A stretch of 64,000 nt of DNA, taken from the NCBI GenBank assembly GCA_038141355.1, contig JAYQHX010000002.1:613073-677072 (forward strand), given 5' to 3'. The notes below the pieces were generated by a model. The model was not told the origin of the DNA. It saw only the letters and a program-made list of their open reading frames with translations, and searched no databases. Below are positions 9,584-19,210 of this stretch, piece after piece. Made by a program: the position numbers and the translations under genes. Positions within the stretch are counted from its first letter, which is position 1; the number at the start of each line of letters is the position of its first letter. This DNA comes from Methanobacteriota archaeon. GTDB lineage: Archaea; Thermoplasmatota; Poseidoniia; Poseidoniales; Poseidoniaceae.

Positions 9584-10660
9584 ATGGCAAAGAGAAGTCA
9601 CCCAAGACGTGGAAGTATGGCGTTTAGCCCGCGCAAGCGGTCTGTACGACACTTCGGACATGTTAAGTCGTGGCCAGAAACCGATGCGAGCGAGGTCCGT
9701 GTACAAGGATTTGCAGGCTGGAAAGCAGGCATGACCCATGTAATGGCTCGTGATTTAAACCCTAAATCTACTAGTGCAGGGCAGGAGATCAGAATTCCTG
9801 TCACAGTAGTAGAAGTGCCAAAAATGCGTGTTCTCGGTGTCAGAGGATACAAGATGACACCATATGGAAAGCAAGCAGTAGGCGAAGCATGGGTTTCAGC
9901 AGAACAAATCGAAGAAGCATTCCCACAATTGTTCCAAAGAAAACTTCACAAGAACTCACTAAAGAATCACAGCACTGATAAGCACTTTGAGGCTTTGAAA
10001 GCAGAAGACTTGGTCGAAGTTAGAGCAATTGTAGCTACACAACCACATTCAATCACAGGTACTCCGTCAAAAACTCCTGAAGTAATGGAATTAGGCTTAG
10101 TTGGTGGAGACTCAGAAGCAAAACTCGACTGGGCTAAAGAAAAGATGGGAGAAGAACTTTCCATATCTGATGTATTCGAAGAAGGAGTCTATGTCGACGC
10201 AGTAGGTGTCACCAAAGGATACGGATGGCAAGGTGTTATCAGAAGATTTGGTGGTAAATTACAATCACACAAGAACTCAAAGAAGAGAAGGCAACATGGA
10301 AATATGGGTGACTTCGGTACCGGTTATGTCAGGAAGACTATCAGACAAGGTGGTCAAACTGGATACCATCAGAGAACTGAATACAATAAGAGAATACTTT
10401 CAATCGCTTCCGCAGAAGATAAGGCAATCACACCTGCTGGTGGATTCCTACACTACGGCGAAGTTAATTCAGAATATGTGCTAATTAAGGGAAGCATCCC
10501 AGGGCCATCCAAGAGATTGGTTAGATTCAGAGATGCAACTAGAGCAGATAACAAGGCTGCACATCCTTACGAAATCACTTACGTAAGTACTGCAAGTAAG
10601 CAGGGGTATGATGATGAAGGTAGCAGTTCACAATATCAACAACAAGATCGAACAAGATGA
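9584..10660 (+). CDS. rpl3: 50S ribosomal protein uL3
   Basis: GGAGG lies 9 nt upstream. The N-terminus HPRRGSMAFSPRKR is conserved, and the gene sits first in the S10-like cluster. The last ~17 aa overlap rpl4 and may be artefactual. Confidence 0.93.
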   Translation: MAKRSHPRRGSMAFSPRKRSVRHFGHVKSWPETDASEVRVQGFAGWKAGMTHVMARDLNPKSTSAGQEIRIPVTVVEVPKMRVLGVRGYKMTPYGKQAVGEAWVSAEQIEEAFPQLFQRKLHKNSLKNHSTDKHFEALKAEDLVEVRAIVATQPHSITGTPSKTPEVMELGLVGGDSEAKLDWAKEKMGEELSISDVFEEGVYVDAVGVTKGYGWQGVIRRFGGKLQSHKNSKKRRQHGNMGDFGTGYVRKTIRQGGQTGYHQRTEYNKRILSIASAEDKAITPAGGFLHYGEVNSEYVLIKGSIPGPSKRLVRFRDATRADNKAAHPYEITYVSTASKQGYDDEGSSSQYQQQDRTR

Positions 10661-11483
10661 GTTAGATGCAGGAAGATTGCAAGAATTCTATGAAATCGAA
10701 GTTGAACTTGGAAAGAAGATCGATCTACCAGATTCATTCTCCGCAGAAGTTAGGACTGATTTGGTAAAACTTGCTGTTGCAAGTGCAAGAGCAAACAGAA
10801 GACAAGCATACGGTTCAAACCCACACGATGGAAAGAAGAAGCCAATGAGCGGTATGAAGCATTCAGTAGAATGGTGGGGTAAGGGAAGAGGTGTTTCCCG
10901 TATCATGAGAAGAACTGGTCAAAGAAGAGCAGCCCAGAACCCTCACACTCTAGGTGGAAGAAGAGCTCATGGTCCAAAAGTCGAGAAGGATTGGTCTAGA
11001 AAACTAAACCGTTCAGAAAGAAGACTCGCTAGAAACTCAGCACTTACAGCAACTACTGACATAGAAACCGTATCTAACAGAGGCCACAGATTCGCTGAAG
11101 AAATTTCATCTCTTCCTATCATTCTTGGAGATTATTCCGAAAACGGAAAGAAAATGGATTTCGAAGAATTCAATCTAAACGGTGGAACTCGTAAGGTTTC
11201 AGCAATATTCGAAGCATTAGGTCTTGGAGATGACCTAAGAAGAGCAAAATCCGGTCGGAAGATCAGAGCAGGTAAAGCAACTATGAGAGGAAGAGTTCAC
11301 AAAACTCCAAAGAGCATACTACTAGTTGTAGCAAACAAAGACGGCTTGGCAAAGGCTGCACGAAACCTTCCAGGTGTCGATGTAGTTGCTGCTAAGGACC
11401 TATCTGCAGAACACCTTGCTCCTGGTGGCGACCTAGGAAGATTGACTGTTTTCACTAAAGCAGCGGTGGAGGCTCTTAACTGA
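10608..11483 (+). CDS. rpl4: 50S ribosomal protein uL4
   Basis: The gene follows uL3, and the sequence has a basic loop (WGKGRGVSRIMRRTGQRRAAQ). Confidence 0.9.
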   Translation: MMMKVAVHNINNKIEQDELDAGRLQEFYEIEVELGKKIDLPDSFSAEVRTDLVKLAVASARANRRQAYGSNPHDGKKKPMSGMKHSVEWWGKGRGVSRIMRRTGQRRAAQNPHTLGGRRAHGPKVEKDWSRKLNRSERRLARNSALTATTDIETVSNRGHRFAEEISSLPIILGDYSENGKKMDFEEFNLNGGTRKVSAIFEALGLGDDLRRAKSGRKIRAGKATMRGRVHKTPKSILLVVANKDGLAKAARNLPGVDVVAAKDLSAEHLAPGGDLGRLTVFTKAAVEALN

Positions 11484-11496
11484 GGAGGTGTGAAGT

Positions 11497-11757
11497 ATGG
11501 TAAATCCCTATGACATAATTATGATGCCTTGGATTACAGAAAAGGCAATGGAAGCAAGATCTGTTGATAACAGACTAGAATTCATCGTGAGAAGGTCCGC
11601 TACAAAACAAGACATCGCAGCAGCGGTGGAGGCCCTTTTCGATGCTGAGGTTGACAAAGTCAATGTCAGAAACACAAAGAATGGCAAAGTGGCTAGTGTA
11701 AGGCTTGCTGAAGGATATGATGCAGATGAGGCTGCAATGCGACTTGGCGCATTCTGA
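11497..11757 (+). CDS. rpl23: 50S ribosomal protein uL23
   Basis: 86 aa, in the conserved operon position, with uL23-like sequence. Confidence 0.9.
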   Translation: MVNPYDIIMMPWITEKAMEARSVDNRLEFIVRRSATKQDIAAAVEALFDAEVDKVNVRNTKNGKVASVRLAEGYDADEAAMRLGAF

Positions 11758-11769
11758 TGAGGTGATAAT

Positions 11770-12489
11770 ATGGGTAAGAGAATTCGTGCACAGCGTAAGG
11801 GAAGTTCACCTAGGTACCGTGTATCTAGTCACAGATTCCCTGGAGCAAACAGAATGCCTAGAGTAAGTGAAGTTGTAGGGGAAGTCACAGAACTTGTCCA
11901 CAGCCCAGTTCACACAGCACCTCTAGCAAGAATGAAGCTACCAGATGGTCAAACCACTCTAGTTGTTGCAACTGAGGGTATTTCAATTGGATCATCTGTA
12001 GCAATAGGAGACAATGTTTCCCTAAGACCTGGAAACATTACAACAATTTCAAACATACCCGAAGGAACCGCAATCAACAACCTCGAATTGAGACCAGGAG
12101 ATGGCGGAAAAGTTGCAAGAACTGCAGGTAATTCCGCATATGTTGAAGCACACCTTGACAATGGAAGCGTCAGAGTTAGACTTCCATCAGGTACAAGCAG
12201 AGACATGTCTGGTAAATGTAGAGCAACAATCGGTGTGCTAGCAGGGCATGGAAGAGGCGAAATGCCATTGAGAACTGCTGGTGCTGCACATTACAAGGCT
12301 AAGGCAAGAGGAAAATTGTATCCACATGTTAGTGGAGTAGCAATGAACCCTGTTGCTCACCCACACAGTGGAGGTAACCATCAAGCAGTTCACGGACCAA
12401 ACTCCGTAGCAAGAGGAACCTCTCCTGGTGCAAAGGTAGGAAACATTGCACCGAGCCGAACTGGTAGAGGAAGAGGAAAGAAAATTTGA
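11770..12489 (+). CDS. rpl2: 50S ribosomal protein uL2
   Basis: It has GKRIRAQRKG at the N-terminus and AMNPVAHPHSGG near the C-terminus. GAGGTGA lies upstream. Confidence 0.95.
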   Translation: MGKRIRAQRKGSSPRYRVSSHRFPGANRMPRVSEVVGEVTELVHSPVHTAPLARMKLPDGQTTLVVATEGISIGSSVAIGDNVSLRPGNITTISNIPEGTAINNLELRPGDGGKVARTAGNSAYVEAHLDNGSVRVRLPSGTSRDMSGKCRATIGVLAGHGRGEMPLRTAGAAHYKAKARGKLYPHVSGVAMNPVAHPHSGGNHQAVHGPNSVARGTSPGAKVGNIAPSRTGRGRGKKI

Positions 12490-12500
12490 GGTGAGATAAG

Positions 12501-12989
12501 ATGGCAAAGAAGAAGAAGTCATTCATGACACCAAAAGCAAGCAGAAGAAAAGCTCGTAAGAAGCGCTCAAGCGTAACTGGCCGTAAGAAGAAAGAGTTTA
12601 CCTACAGAGGGTATGAACTTGAAGAATTGAAGGCTATGCCAATTTGGCCATCAGAAGATGGTGGTCCATCTGTAATTACTTTACTTACAAGCAGAGCAAG
12701 AAGGTCTATCGCAAGAGGTCTATCACCTGAAAATGAACATTTCATCGATAGAGTACGAAGATCTTCATCAAAGACCGTGAGAACTCACAGAAGAGATGTT
12801 CCTATCTTACCAGAATTCGTAGGAAAGAGAATCGCAGTTCACAACGGTCAAAATTTCGTTGAAATAGATATCAAACCAGAGATGATTGGACATTATTTGG
12901 GAGAGTTCGCAGTTACCAGGAAGGGTGTAACACACTCCGGACCTGGTGTTGGTGCGACGCGCTCTTCCTCGCACGTAGCATTGAAGTGA
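12501..12989 (+). CDS. rps19: 30S ribosomal protein uS19
   Basis: It contains [29 protein letters not shown] and sits in the conserved order. Confidence 0.93.
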   Translation: MAKKKKSFMTPKASRRKARKKRSSVTGRKKKEFTYRGYELEELKAMPIWPSEDGGPSVITLLTSRARRSIARGLSPENEHFIDRVRRSSSKTVRTHRRDVPILPEFVGKRIAVHNGQNFVEIDIKPEMIGHYLGEFAVTRKGVTHSGPGVGATRSSSHVALK

Positions 12990-12999
12990 GGTGAAAAGT

Positions 13000-13599
13000 A
13001 TGGGTTGGAAAAAATCAGAAATGGATCGCAGGTCCAAGAAGAGAGAATTGCCACAAAAAGGCTACACTCAATTGTTACAGGGAAGCAGATTGGCTTCAGC
13101 AAGAGCTGTTGGAATCGATGTCCACGTCAAGCACTGTTTTGAAATTGCTAGGGCAATAAAGCACAGAACTGCAGGAGATGCAGTTGAGTATCTGAATAAC
13201 GTTCTAAAAATCGACAGTGACAGACCAGATATCAGACGAAAGGCTACAGCAGTACCTTTCAGATTAGGGTCTGGAAACAAAAGAAGAAAGCGATCTGGTC
13301 CATCTATGGTTGGTCACAGAAAGGGCGGTATCGGTCCTGGACGATATCCGGTAAAGGCAAGCAGAGCTATGTTGAAGTTAATTCAGAGCTGTATGGAAAA
13401 TGCAAGACATCAATACGAAGATATAGACCCTGAAGAAATGGTCATCACTCATTGTGCTGCACACCGCGGCCAAATCAAGAGAGGTTGGACTCCTCGTGCT
13501 CGAGGACGTGCATCTCCAAAGAACCACTACAGAGTCAACATGGAAATATTCCTTGAAGACTTTAACAGTGAAGTAGACGAGTTGGAGGACGACTTCTGA
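13000..13599 (+). CDS. rpl22: 50S ribosomal protein uL22. The ATG at 13000 is preferred over the GTG at 12991.
   Basis: uL22-like core, acidic C-terminal tail, GAGGTGA at 12988-12994. Confidence 0.9.
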   Translation: MGWKKSEMDRRSKKRELPQKGYTQLLQGSRLASARAVGIDVHVKHCFEIARAIKHRTAGDAVEYLNNVLKIDSDRPDIRRKATAVPFRLGSGNKRRKRSGPSMVGHRKGGIGPGRYPVKASRAMLKLIQSCMENARHQYEDIDPEEMVITHCAAHRGQIKRGWTPRARGRASPKNHYRVNMEIFLEDFNSEVDELEDDF

Positions 13600-13609
13600 G
13601 GTGACCATC

Positions 13610-14281
13610 ATGAATGAAAATAGCAGTACACTAAGAAAGATAATTGACAGGAATGTCGAGAGACATCTAGTCAAAGAATTCTTGATGGAGAATACAAAGA
13701 AAGCGGGATTCGGTGGTTTAGATATCAGAAGAACACCAAATGGAACCGAAGTGACCGTACATGCTGAGAGGCCAGGAATGGTTATCGGTAGAAAGGGTAA
13801 GATCATCAACGACTTACAGAAACAACTCGATGAAAGATTCAGCATCGAAAACCCAAGACTAAAAGTTGACGAAGTAGAAAATCCAGCACTTAACGCACAA
13901 GTTATGGCTGAAAAGATTGCTTCCGCAATGGAGAGAGGTTGGTATTACAGAAGAGCAGGTCATTCAGCTGCACTGAACATCATGGAAGCTGGTGCAAGAG
14001 GAGTTATCATAACCCTAGCAGGAAAGATAACAGGTGCAAGACACCGAACTCAAAAGTTCATCAAGGGTCACGTGAAGTATTGTGGTGAAACCGCTCTTGA
14101 GCACATGGAAACAGGATACGCTGTTTGTATCAAGAAATTAGGTGTCATCGGTGTGACAGTAGCAATCATGAGAAAAGGAACAAAACTTCCTCATGAAATA
14201 TCAATTTTCTCAGATGAAGAACTGAAAATTCGTGCTGCTGAGCAAGCGGCGGAAGAACCTCAAGAGGAGGGATCGGAGTGA
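13610..14281 (+). CDS. rps3: 30S ribosomal protein uS3. The ATG at 13610 is preferred; the track ORF starts at 13601.
   Basis: It has a KH-domain sequence (ERPGMVIGRKGKIINDL) and sits in the conserved order. Confidence 0.93.
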   Translation: MNENSSTLRKIIDRNVERHLVKEFLMENTKKAGFGGLDIRRTPNGTEVTVHAERPGMVIGRKGKIINDLQKQLDERFSIENPRLKVDEVENPALNAQVMAEKIASAMERGWYYRRAGHSAALNIMEAGARGVIITLAGKITGARHRTQKFIKGHVKYCGETALEHMETGYAVCIKKLGVIGVTVAIMRKGTKLPHEISIFSDEELKIRAAEQAAEEPQEEGSE

Positions 14282-14478
14282 CACACGTTTCCAACAGAGA
14301 AATCGCTTCCATGAGTGCAGAGAAACTCTCTGAGAGACTCACTGAATTACAGGAAGAATTACTGCAATTAAGAGCAGAACAGTCCCTAGGCGGAAATCCA
14401 TCAAACATGGGTGCTTACAAGGCTGTTAGAAGGTCTATTGCTAGAATCAAAACTAAACTAAACACAAACAACAACTAA
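14278..14478 (+). CDS. rpl29: 50S ribosomal protein uL29
   Basis: 66 aa with the coiled-coil LSERLTELQEELLQLRAE. There is a GTGA start/stop overlap with rps3. Confidence 0.88.
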   Translation: MTHVSNREIASMSAEKLSERLTELQEELLQLRAEQSLGGNPSNMGAYKAVRRSIARIKTKLNTNNN

Positions 14479-14494
14479 ATCTGGAGGTGAAAAA

Positions 14495-14794
14495 ATGGCT
14501 GCTATGTGTAATGTTTGCGGATTACCTGACGAATTATGTATTTGTCAAGAAATCGCTAAAGAACAGCAGAAGGCAACCATTAGCACTGACAGAAGAAGAT
14601 ATGGAAAGATTGTGACCAAGGTTGAAGGAATCGAAGATTCTGCAATCGATATCAATCAACTAGCTAAGTTGTTGAAAAACAGATGTGCTGCTGGTGGGAC
14701 TGTAAAGGGTCGAGTGATCGAATTACAGGGAGACCACAAGAAAAAAGCTGCAGCTGTTTTGGCAAACAACGGATTCAATGTGGAGGTGCGATAA
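14495..14794 (+). CDS. Translation initiation factor aSUI1 (eIF1 homologue)
   Basis: 99 aa with an N-terminal CxxC...CxC knuckle and a SUI1 core (RRYGKIVTKVEG, AAGGTVKGRVIELQGDH). This is the usual archaeal position after uL29. Confidence 0.9.
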   Translation: MAAMCNVCGLPDELCICQEIAKEQQKATISTDRRRYGKIVTKVEGIEDSAIDINQLAKLLKNRCAAGGTVKGRVIELQGDHKKKAAAVLANNGFNVEVR

Positions 14795-15058
14795 ATGGCT
14801 AACACAGTATTGAATCAATCTTGGATTGGAAGAGAGGCAACCATTGTCTCTTCAACCGACCCGACTCAAATCGGTAGAACCGGTTTGATATCAGATGAAT
14901 CTCGAGAAACCATAACTATGCTAGAAGACAACAAGCAGGTTGTATTTGGAAAGAGAAATATCGAATTCACTTTGGGTGGCAGCGATGTCACCATCATCGG
15001 CTCGTTGATGCGGCAACGTGCTGAGGATAGAATTTACCGCAACCACAGGAGTGAGTGA
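14795..15058 (+). CDS. rnp1: RNase P protein component 1 (Rpp29/Pop4 family)
   Basis: 87 aa with an Sm-like fold sequence (GREATIVSSTDPTQIGRTGLISDESRETI). It lies in the conserved position between aSUI1 and uS17. Confidence 0.85.
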   Translation: MANTVLNQSWIGREATIVSSTDPTQIGRTGLISDESRETITMLEDNKQVVFGKRNIEFTLGGSDVTIIGSLMRQRAEDRIYRNHRSE

Positions 15059-15399
15059 TGACCATGCGTGACATCGGAGTAGATGTAAGACCACCAGAAG
15101 GTGATTGGGATGGAGATGAGAACTGCCCGTTTTACGGAACATTGCGCCTAAGAGGCCAGGTTCTAGAAGGAACGGTGTCAAGTTTAGGAATGCAGAGAAC
15201 AGTAGTTATCGAAAGAAACAACGTTCGCTACATGAAGAAGTATGAAAGGTACGAGAAGAGGACAAGTGCTCTTTCTGCTCATTTACCAAGTTGTATTGGT
15301 AATATCAATGTCGGTGATAGAGTGAAGGTTATGGAATGTAGGCCATTATCCAAGACAGTTTCATTCTGTGTAATTGAAAACAGTGGAGGGGATGCTTGA
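15055..15399 (+). CDS. rps17: 30S ribosomal protein uS17
   Basis: It contains CPFYGTLRLRG and KKYERYEKRTSALSAH...ECRPLSKT. Confidence 0.93.
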   Translation: MMTMRDIGVDVRPPEGDWDGDENCPFYGTLRLRGQVLEGTVSSLGMQRTVVIERNNVRYMKKYERYEKRTSALSAHLPSCIGNINVGDRVKVMECRPLSKTVSFCVIENSGGDA

Positions 15400-15797
15400 T
15401 GCGTGGTATCGCAGGAAATCAAACACGTGGATTGCCAACTATGGCAAGATTACAGGTAGCAGATAACACAGGTGCAAAGATTGTTCAAATTATCAACGTT
15501 AGAAAACTCGGTGGAACAATGAGAAGATTGCCAGCAGCAGGTGTTGGCGATTTGATCAAAGTTTCAGTAAAGAGAGGTACTCCTGAAACAAGAAGACAGA
15601 TGTACAATGCAGTTGTAATCAGACAGAAGAGACCTTTCAGAAGAGTCGATGGAACATGGGTTCAGTTTGAAGACAACGCATGTGTAATTACAAACGAAAA
15701 GGGTGATGTTCAAGGTTCTGATATCAAAGGACCAGTTTCAAGAGAGGCTGCTGAAAGATGGCCTCGTATCGCAGCAACAGCGAAACAGATTGTATGA
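15396..15797 (+). CDS. rpl14: 50S ribosomal protein uL14
   Basis: It contains LQVADNTGAK and sits in the conserved order. Confidence 0.95.
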   Translation: MMRGIAGNQTRGLPTMARLQVADNTGAKIVQIINVRKLGGTMRRLPAAGVGDLIKVSVKRGTPETRRQMYNAVVIRQKRPFRRVDGTWVQFEDNACVITNEKGDVQGSDIKGPVSREAAERWPRIAATAKQIV

Positions 15798-15808
15798 GGT
15801 GATTAAGA

Positions 15809-16216
15809 ATGGTAAAAAGTAGCAAACCTGGCAAGCAGCGCAAGGAACAAGCTAATGCTCCAAGTCACGTAAAGAGAAAGAGGATGCGAGCTCGCCTCCA
15901 ACTAAAGAACCCAGATACAAGACTAGCAGGCGTAAGGTCTGTGACCGTCAGAGTTGGAGACACAGTTCGCGTTGTTAGAGGAGATTACGCTCACGGAGGA
16001 AAGAGAGTTGGTGGAAAGAGAAATGCCAATGCTCTAGAAGGTAATGTAATCAATGTAGATTCAAACACTGGTAGATTGTTCATTGAAGGAGCAACCGCTA
16101 CCAAATCAGACAACAAGGAAGAAGCAGTGCCGGTCCACTGTTCCAATGTAGTTGTAGTTAAGTTGGATGAAACCGATAAACTACGAATGCAGAAATTGAC
16201 CGCAGACAGGAGTTGA
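15809..16216 (+). CDS. rpl24: 50S ribosomal protein uL24
   Basis: It has a KOW motif (VRVGDTVRVVRGDYAHGG). GAGGTGA lies upstream. Confidence 0.92.
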   Translation: MVKSSKPGKQRKEQANAPSHVKRKRMRARLQLKNPDTRLAGVRSVTVRVGDTVRVVRGDYAHGGKRVGGKRNANALEGNVINVDSNTGRLFIEGATATKSDNKEEAVPVHCSNVVVVKLDETDKLRMQKLTADRS

Positions 16217-16221
16217 AGATA

Positions 16222-16923
16222 ATGGGAAGCAGCAGTCACTTGAAGAGATTGGCAATACCAAGAAGTTGGCCACTTCCAAGAAAGACCACAGTTTGGGTCA
16301 CAAGACAAAGAGCAGGAGCTCACAGTCTTGAAAGATCAATGCCATTGAACATCATCGTCAGAGATGTCTTGGGAATGGCTAGGTCAACCCGTGAAGTGAA
16401 GAGAATTCTACACCAAGGATTAGTGAAGGTCGATGGAAGGGTCGTCAGAGATTCAAGAAGAGGTGTAGGTCTTATGGATGTTCTAACACTTGGAGAAGAA
16501 AATTACCGATGTGTTCTTGATACCAATGGAAGACTAAGATACCGTGTTATTTCTGACGAGGAAGCAAAATGGAAGGTTTGCCGAATCGAAGGAAAGTCCA
16601 CTGTTCGTGGAGGAATGACACAGGTTCACCTTCATGATGGAAGAAACATTCTCGTTGAAGATGCTTCTGAACACAAGACAGGAGATTCATTGAAGATTTC
16701 ACTACCAGAACAAGACATTCTTGAGCACATCAAATTCGGTGAAGGCACAAGATGTATGTTGGTTGGAGGAGTTCACGTTGGTAAGTTAGCTGATGTCACA
16801 AAATATATTGTGAAGCGCTCCAGTATGCCAAACGAAGTTGAATTCGAGGGATTCGGAACAACTTCCCCTAACGTATTCTCTGTAGGCGACTGCAGTCTAC
16901 CTGGTCTGGAGGTGAGCCAATGA
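16222..16923 (+). CDS. rps4e: 30S ribosomal protein eS4. The ATG at 16222 is preferred; the track ORF starts at the TTG at 16213.
   Basis: It contains HLKRLAIPRSWPLPRK, and S4 and KOW-like regions. Confidence 0.93.
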   Translation: MGSSSHLKRLAIPRSWPLPRKTTVWVTRQRAGAHSLERSMPLNIIVRDVLGMARSTREVKRILHQGLVKVDGRVVRDSRRGVGLMDVLTLGEENYRCVLDTNGRLRYRVISDEEAKWKVCRIEGKSTVRGGMTQVHLHDGRNILVEDASEHKTGDSLKISLPEQDILEHIKFGEGTRCMLVGGVHVGKLADVTKYIVKRSSMPNEVEFEGFGTTSPNVFSVGDCSLPGLEVSQ

Positions 16924-17447
16924 GCGAGACAGCAAATCCTATGTCAATGCCAAGAATTTCTAAGGTAGTAGTCAACATTGGTGTCGGCGAAGGCGGAGAC
17001 CGTTTATCCAACGCTGAAAAAGTTCTGGAAATGGTCACTGGAGTCACTCCAATCAGAACCCTTGGTAAGCAACAAAATCGAGACTTGAAAGTAAGAGTCG
17101 GATTCCCTATCGGATGTAAAGTGACCATGAGAAATCCAGAATCAATCAAGAAATTCTTGACCGATGCATTTTGGGTACGTGAAAATATCATTCCTAGATG
17201 GAACTTCGATAAATCAGGAAACCTATCATTCGGTATTAGCGATTATACCGACTTCCCAGAACAAAAATACGATCCGGATATCGGAATTTTTGGAATGGAT
17301 ATCAATATCGTTCTTGAAAGACCTGGGCACAGAGTTAGCAGAAGACGCCGACGAAGTGCAAAGGTTCCACAAAGCCACCGAACCAATGCTGATGATGCCA
17401 GAGCATGGTTTGTTGAGAACTATGGCATTACAATCTTGGAGGAGTGA
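16920..17447 (+). CDS. rpl5: 50S ribosomal protein uL5
   Basis: It contains [21 protein letters not shown] and sits in the conserved order. Confidence 0.94.
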   Translation: MSETANPMSMPRISKVVVNIGVGEGGDRLSNAEKVLEMVTGVTPIRTLGKQQNRDLKVRVGFPIGCKVTMRNPESIKKFLTDAFWVRENIIPRWNFDKSGNLSFGISDYTDFPEQKYDPDIGIFGMDINIVLERPGHRVSRRRRRSAKVPQSHRTNADDARAWFVENYGITILEE

Positions 17448-17449
17448 AA

Positions 17450-17602
17450 ATGGCACGAGACCACGGTGAAGAAATTGGAAGAACAAACGGATGCCGCAGA
17501 TGCGGTAGAAGAAGAGGTATGATTAGAAGACACGGTCTTAGATTGTGCCGCCAATGTTTCAGGGACATCGCTCCAGAGATTGGATTTAAGAAAATGAATT
17601 GA
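17450..17602 (+). CDS. rps14: 30S ribosomal protein uS14 (zinc-binding type Z). This 50-aa ORF is not in the supplied ORF track.
   Basis: My own translation is [50 protein letters not shown]. It has CxxC...CxxC and lies in the conserved slot between uL5 and uS8. Confidence 0.92.
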   Translation: MARDHGEEIGRTNGCRRCGRRRGMIRRHGLRLCRQCFRDIAPEIGFKKMN

Positions 17603-17613
17603 GGTGAAGAAGA

Positions 17614-18003
17614 ATGCAATTTGACCCCCTTAATGACGCACTAGCAAAACTATTCAATGCTGAACAAGCAGGTAAGTTCGACGTACAATTATCCCCAGCA
17701 TCCAAATTGCTAGGATCTGTTCTACAGATTATGCAATCCTCCGGATACGTTGGTGAGATTGAAAGAAATGATGACGGAAGAGGTGGAAGTTTCAGCGTCC
17801 AACTACGCGGAGCTATCAACCAATGTGGTGTTGTAAAACCACGATACTCAGTCAGAAGACAAGAATTCGACAAGTGGGAAGGAAGATTCCTGCCAGCACA
17901 GGATTTTGGTCTTCTTATTCTAACTACAAACAGTGGTGTTATGCATCACAAAGACGCAAAGGAGAACCGAATTGGTGGTAAGTTATTGGCTTACGTGTAC
18001 TGA
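17614..18003 (+). CDS. rps8: 30S ribosomal protein uS8
   Basis: It contains DPLNDALAKLFNAEQAG. GAGGTGA lies upstream. Confidence 0.94.
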   Translation: MQFDPLNDALAKLFNAEQAGKFDVQLSPASKLLGSVLQIMQSSGYVGEIERNDDGRGGSFSVQLRGAINQCGVVKPRYSVRRQEFDKWEGRFLPAQDFGLLILTTNSGVMHHKDAKENRIGGKLLAYVY

Positions 18004-18008
18004 GGTGA
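18002..18008 (+). promoter_or_regulatory. Shine-Dalgarno GAGGTGA overlapping the rps8 stop codon and serving rpl6
   Basis: The TGAGGTGA motif lies 5 nt before the ATG at 18013. It is complementary to the 16S 3' end TCACCTC at 25809-25815 in this window. Confidence 0.8.
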
Positions 18009-18012
18009 TAAG

Positions 18013-18552
18013 ATGGTAAAACTAGATAGAATTGAACACACAGTAGAGATTCCAGAAGGAGTCACTGCAACACTAGATGGTAATATGGTCACCATCTCAG
18101 GTCCAAATGGTTCCATTTCACGAGAATTCGTAAGTCCTAGACACGATATTTTCCAAGAAGGTGGCGCTCTTTTAGTAAGAGTCGACATGCCAAGGAGCAA
18201 AGAAAAGGCTCTAGCAGGAACCTGGAATGCACATCTTAACAACATGGTAAAGGGAGTCACTGAAGGATTTACTTACACATTAAAAGTACTATATTCTCAC
18301 TTCCCTATGACTGTTGAAGTTAAGGGAAGAGAATTCGTTGTAAACAATTACTTTGGTGAAAGAGTTCCAAGACGTGCAGACATCCTAGAAGGTGTCGATG
18401 TTAAAGTCCAAAACAAGACTGAAGTTGTAGTTTCAGGAATAAACAAGGAAAGCGTTGGCCAAACAGCTGCTAACATTGAACGTTCCACTACTGTAAAGAA
18501 CAGAGATAGAAGAGTATTCCAAGATGGAATCTATCTCATCAGTAAAGCATGA
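18013..18552 (+). CDS. rpl6: 50S ribosomal protein uL6
   Basis: 179 aa with uL6-like two-domain sequence, in the conserved order. Confidence 0.93.
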   Translation: MVKLDRIEHTVEIPEGVTATLDGNMVTISGPNGSISREFVSPRHDIFQEGGALLVRVDMPRSKEKALAGTWNAHLNNMVKGVTEGFTYTLKVLYSHFPMTVEVKGREFVVNNYFGERVPRRADILEGVDVKVQNKTEVVVSGINKESVGQTAANIERSTTVKNRDRRVFQDGIYLISKA

Positions 18553-18565
18553 TGGGGGTTATTGA

Positions 18566-19210
18566 ATGAGTGATTACGAAAATATGACAGTCGCTGAATT
18601 AAAGGAACTTCTGAAAGAAGCAGGATTACCTGTTGCTGGAAAGAAGGCCGATCTAATCGCAAGACTACAAGAAAACGATGGCTCCTCAGCAGTATCTGAA
18701 GAGGTAGAGGAAACAGTCGAAGATGTTGAAGAAGATTCTTACGAAGATGATTACGAAGATGAAGACTGGGATGACGAGGATTTAGTCGAAGAGCATGTTG
18801 CAAGACAAAAGCCAGTTCTATCTGAAGAGATTAAGGAAGCATTAGCACTAAGAGCAGCTCAGAAGAAAGCAACACCAACTTTCAGACGAACCGAATGGTT
18901 CCGCTACAAGAGATTATCACGCTCCGGTTGGAGAAAGCCACACGGTATGGATAACAAGCAGAGACGCAATTTCAAGTATCGTGGTTCACTAGTTCGAATT
19001 GGACATGGTAAAGTCAACACAGCAAGCGGTCTTCATCCATCTGGATTCGAGGAAGTAATGGTTCACAATCCTGCGGATTTGGATCAAATTGATGCTGAAA
19101 CTCAAGCAGCAAGAGTAGGTTCAAATGTTGGCGGAAGAAAGAGAGAAGTCATTCACTCAAGAGCTGATGAACTAGGAATTAGGGTCCTTAACAGAAGGAG
19201 GGAGCGCTAA
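18566..19210 (+). CDS. rpl32e: 50S ribosomal protein eL32 with an N-terminal SAP/HeH-like motif and an acidic linker
   Basis: The C-terminal ~130 aa are eL32 (WRKPHGMDNKQRRNFKYRG, HPSGFEEVMVHN). The N-terminus is MTVAELKELLKEAGLPVAGKKADLIARLQE, followed by a D/E-rich stretch. Confidence 0.9.
   Translation: MSDYENMTVAELKELLKEAGLPVAGKKADLIARLQENDGSSAVSEEVEETVEDVEEDSYEDDYEDEDWDDEDLVEEHVARQKPVLSEEIKEALALRAAQKKATPTFRRTEWFRYKRLSRSGWRKPHGMDNKQRRNFKYRGSLVRIGHGKVNTASGLHPSGFEEVMVHNPADLDQIDAETQAARVGSNVGGRKREVIHSRADELGIRVLNRRRER

Noticed and set aside
9391-9627. 78-aa ORF in the hef/rpl3 spacer, and a firm RNase P RNA call for the same region
   Set aside because: The ORF is Arg/Gly/Pro-rich and runs into rpl3 out of frame. 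For RNase P RNA, only a CR-I-like gaggtaagtc is present. I could not find the CR-V ACAGAA...GGCUUA partner or a convincing P4, and about 160 nt is shorter than archaeal RNase P RNAs as I recall them. It is kept only as an unassigned structured element.
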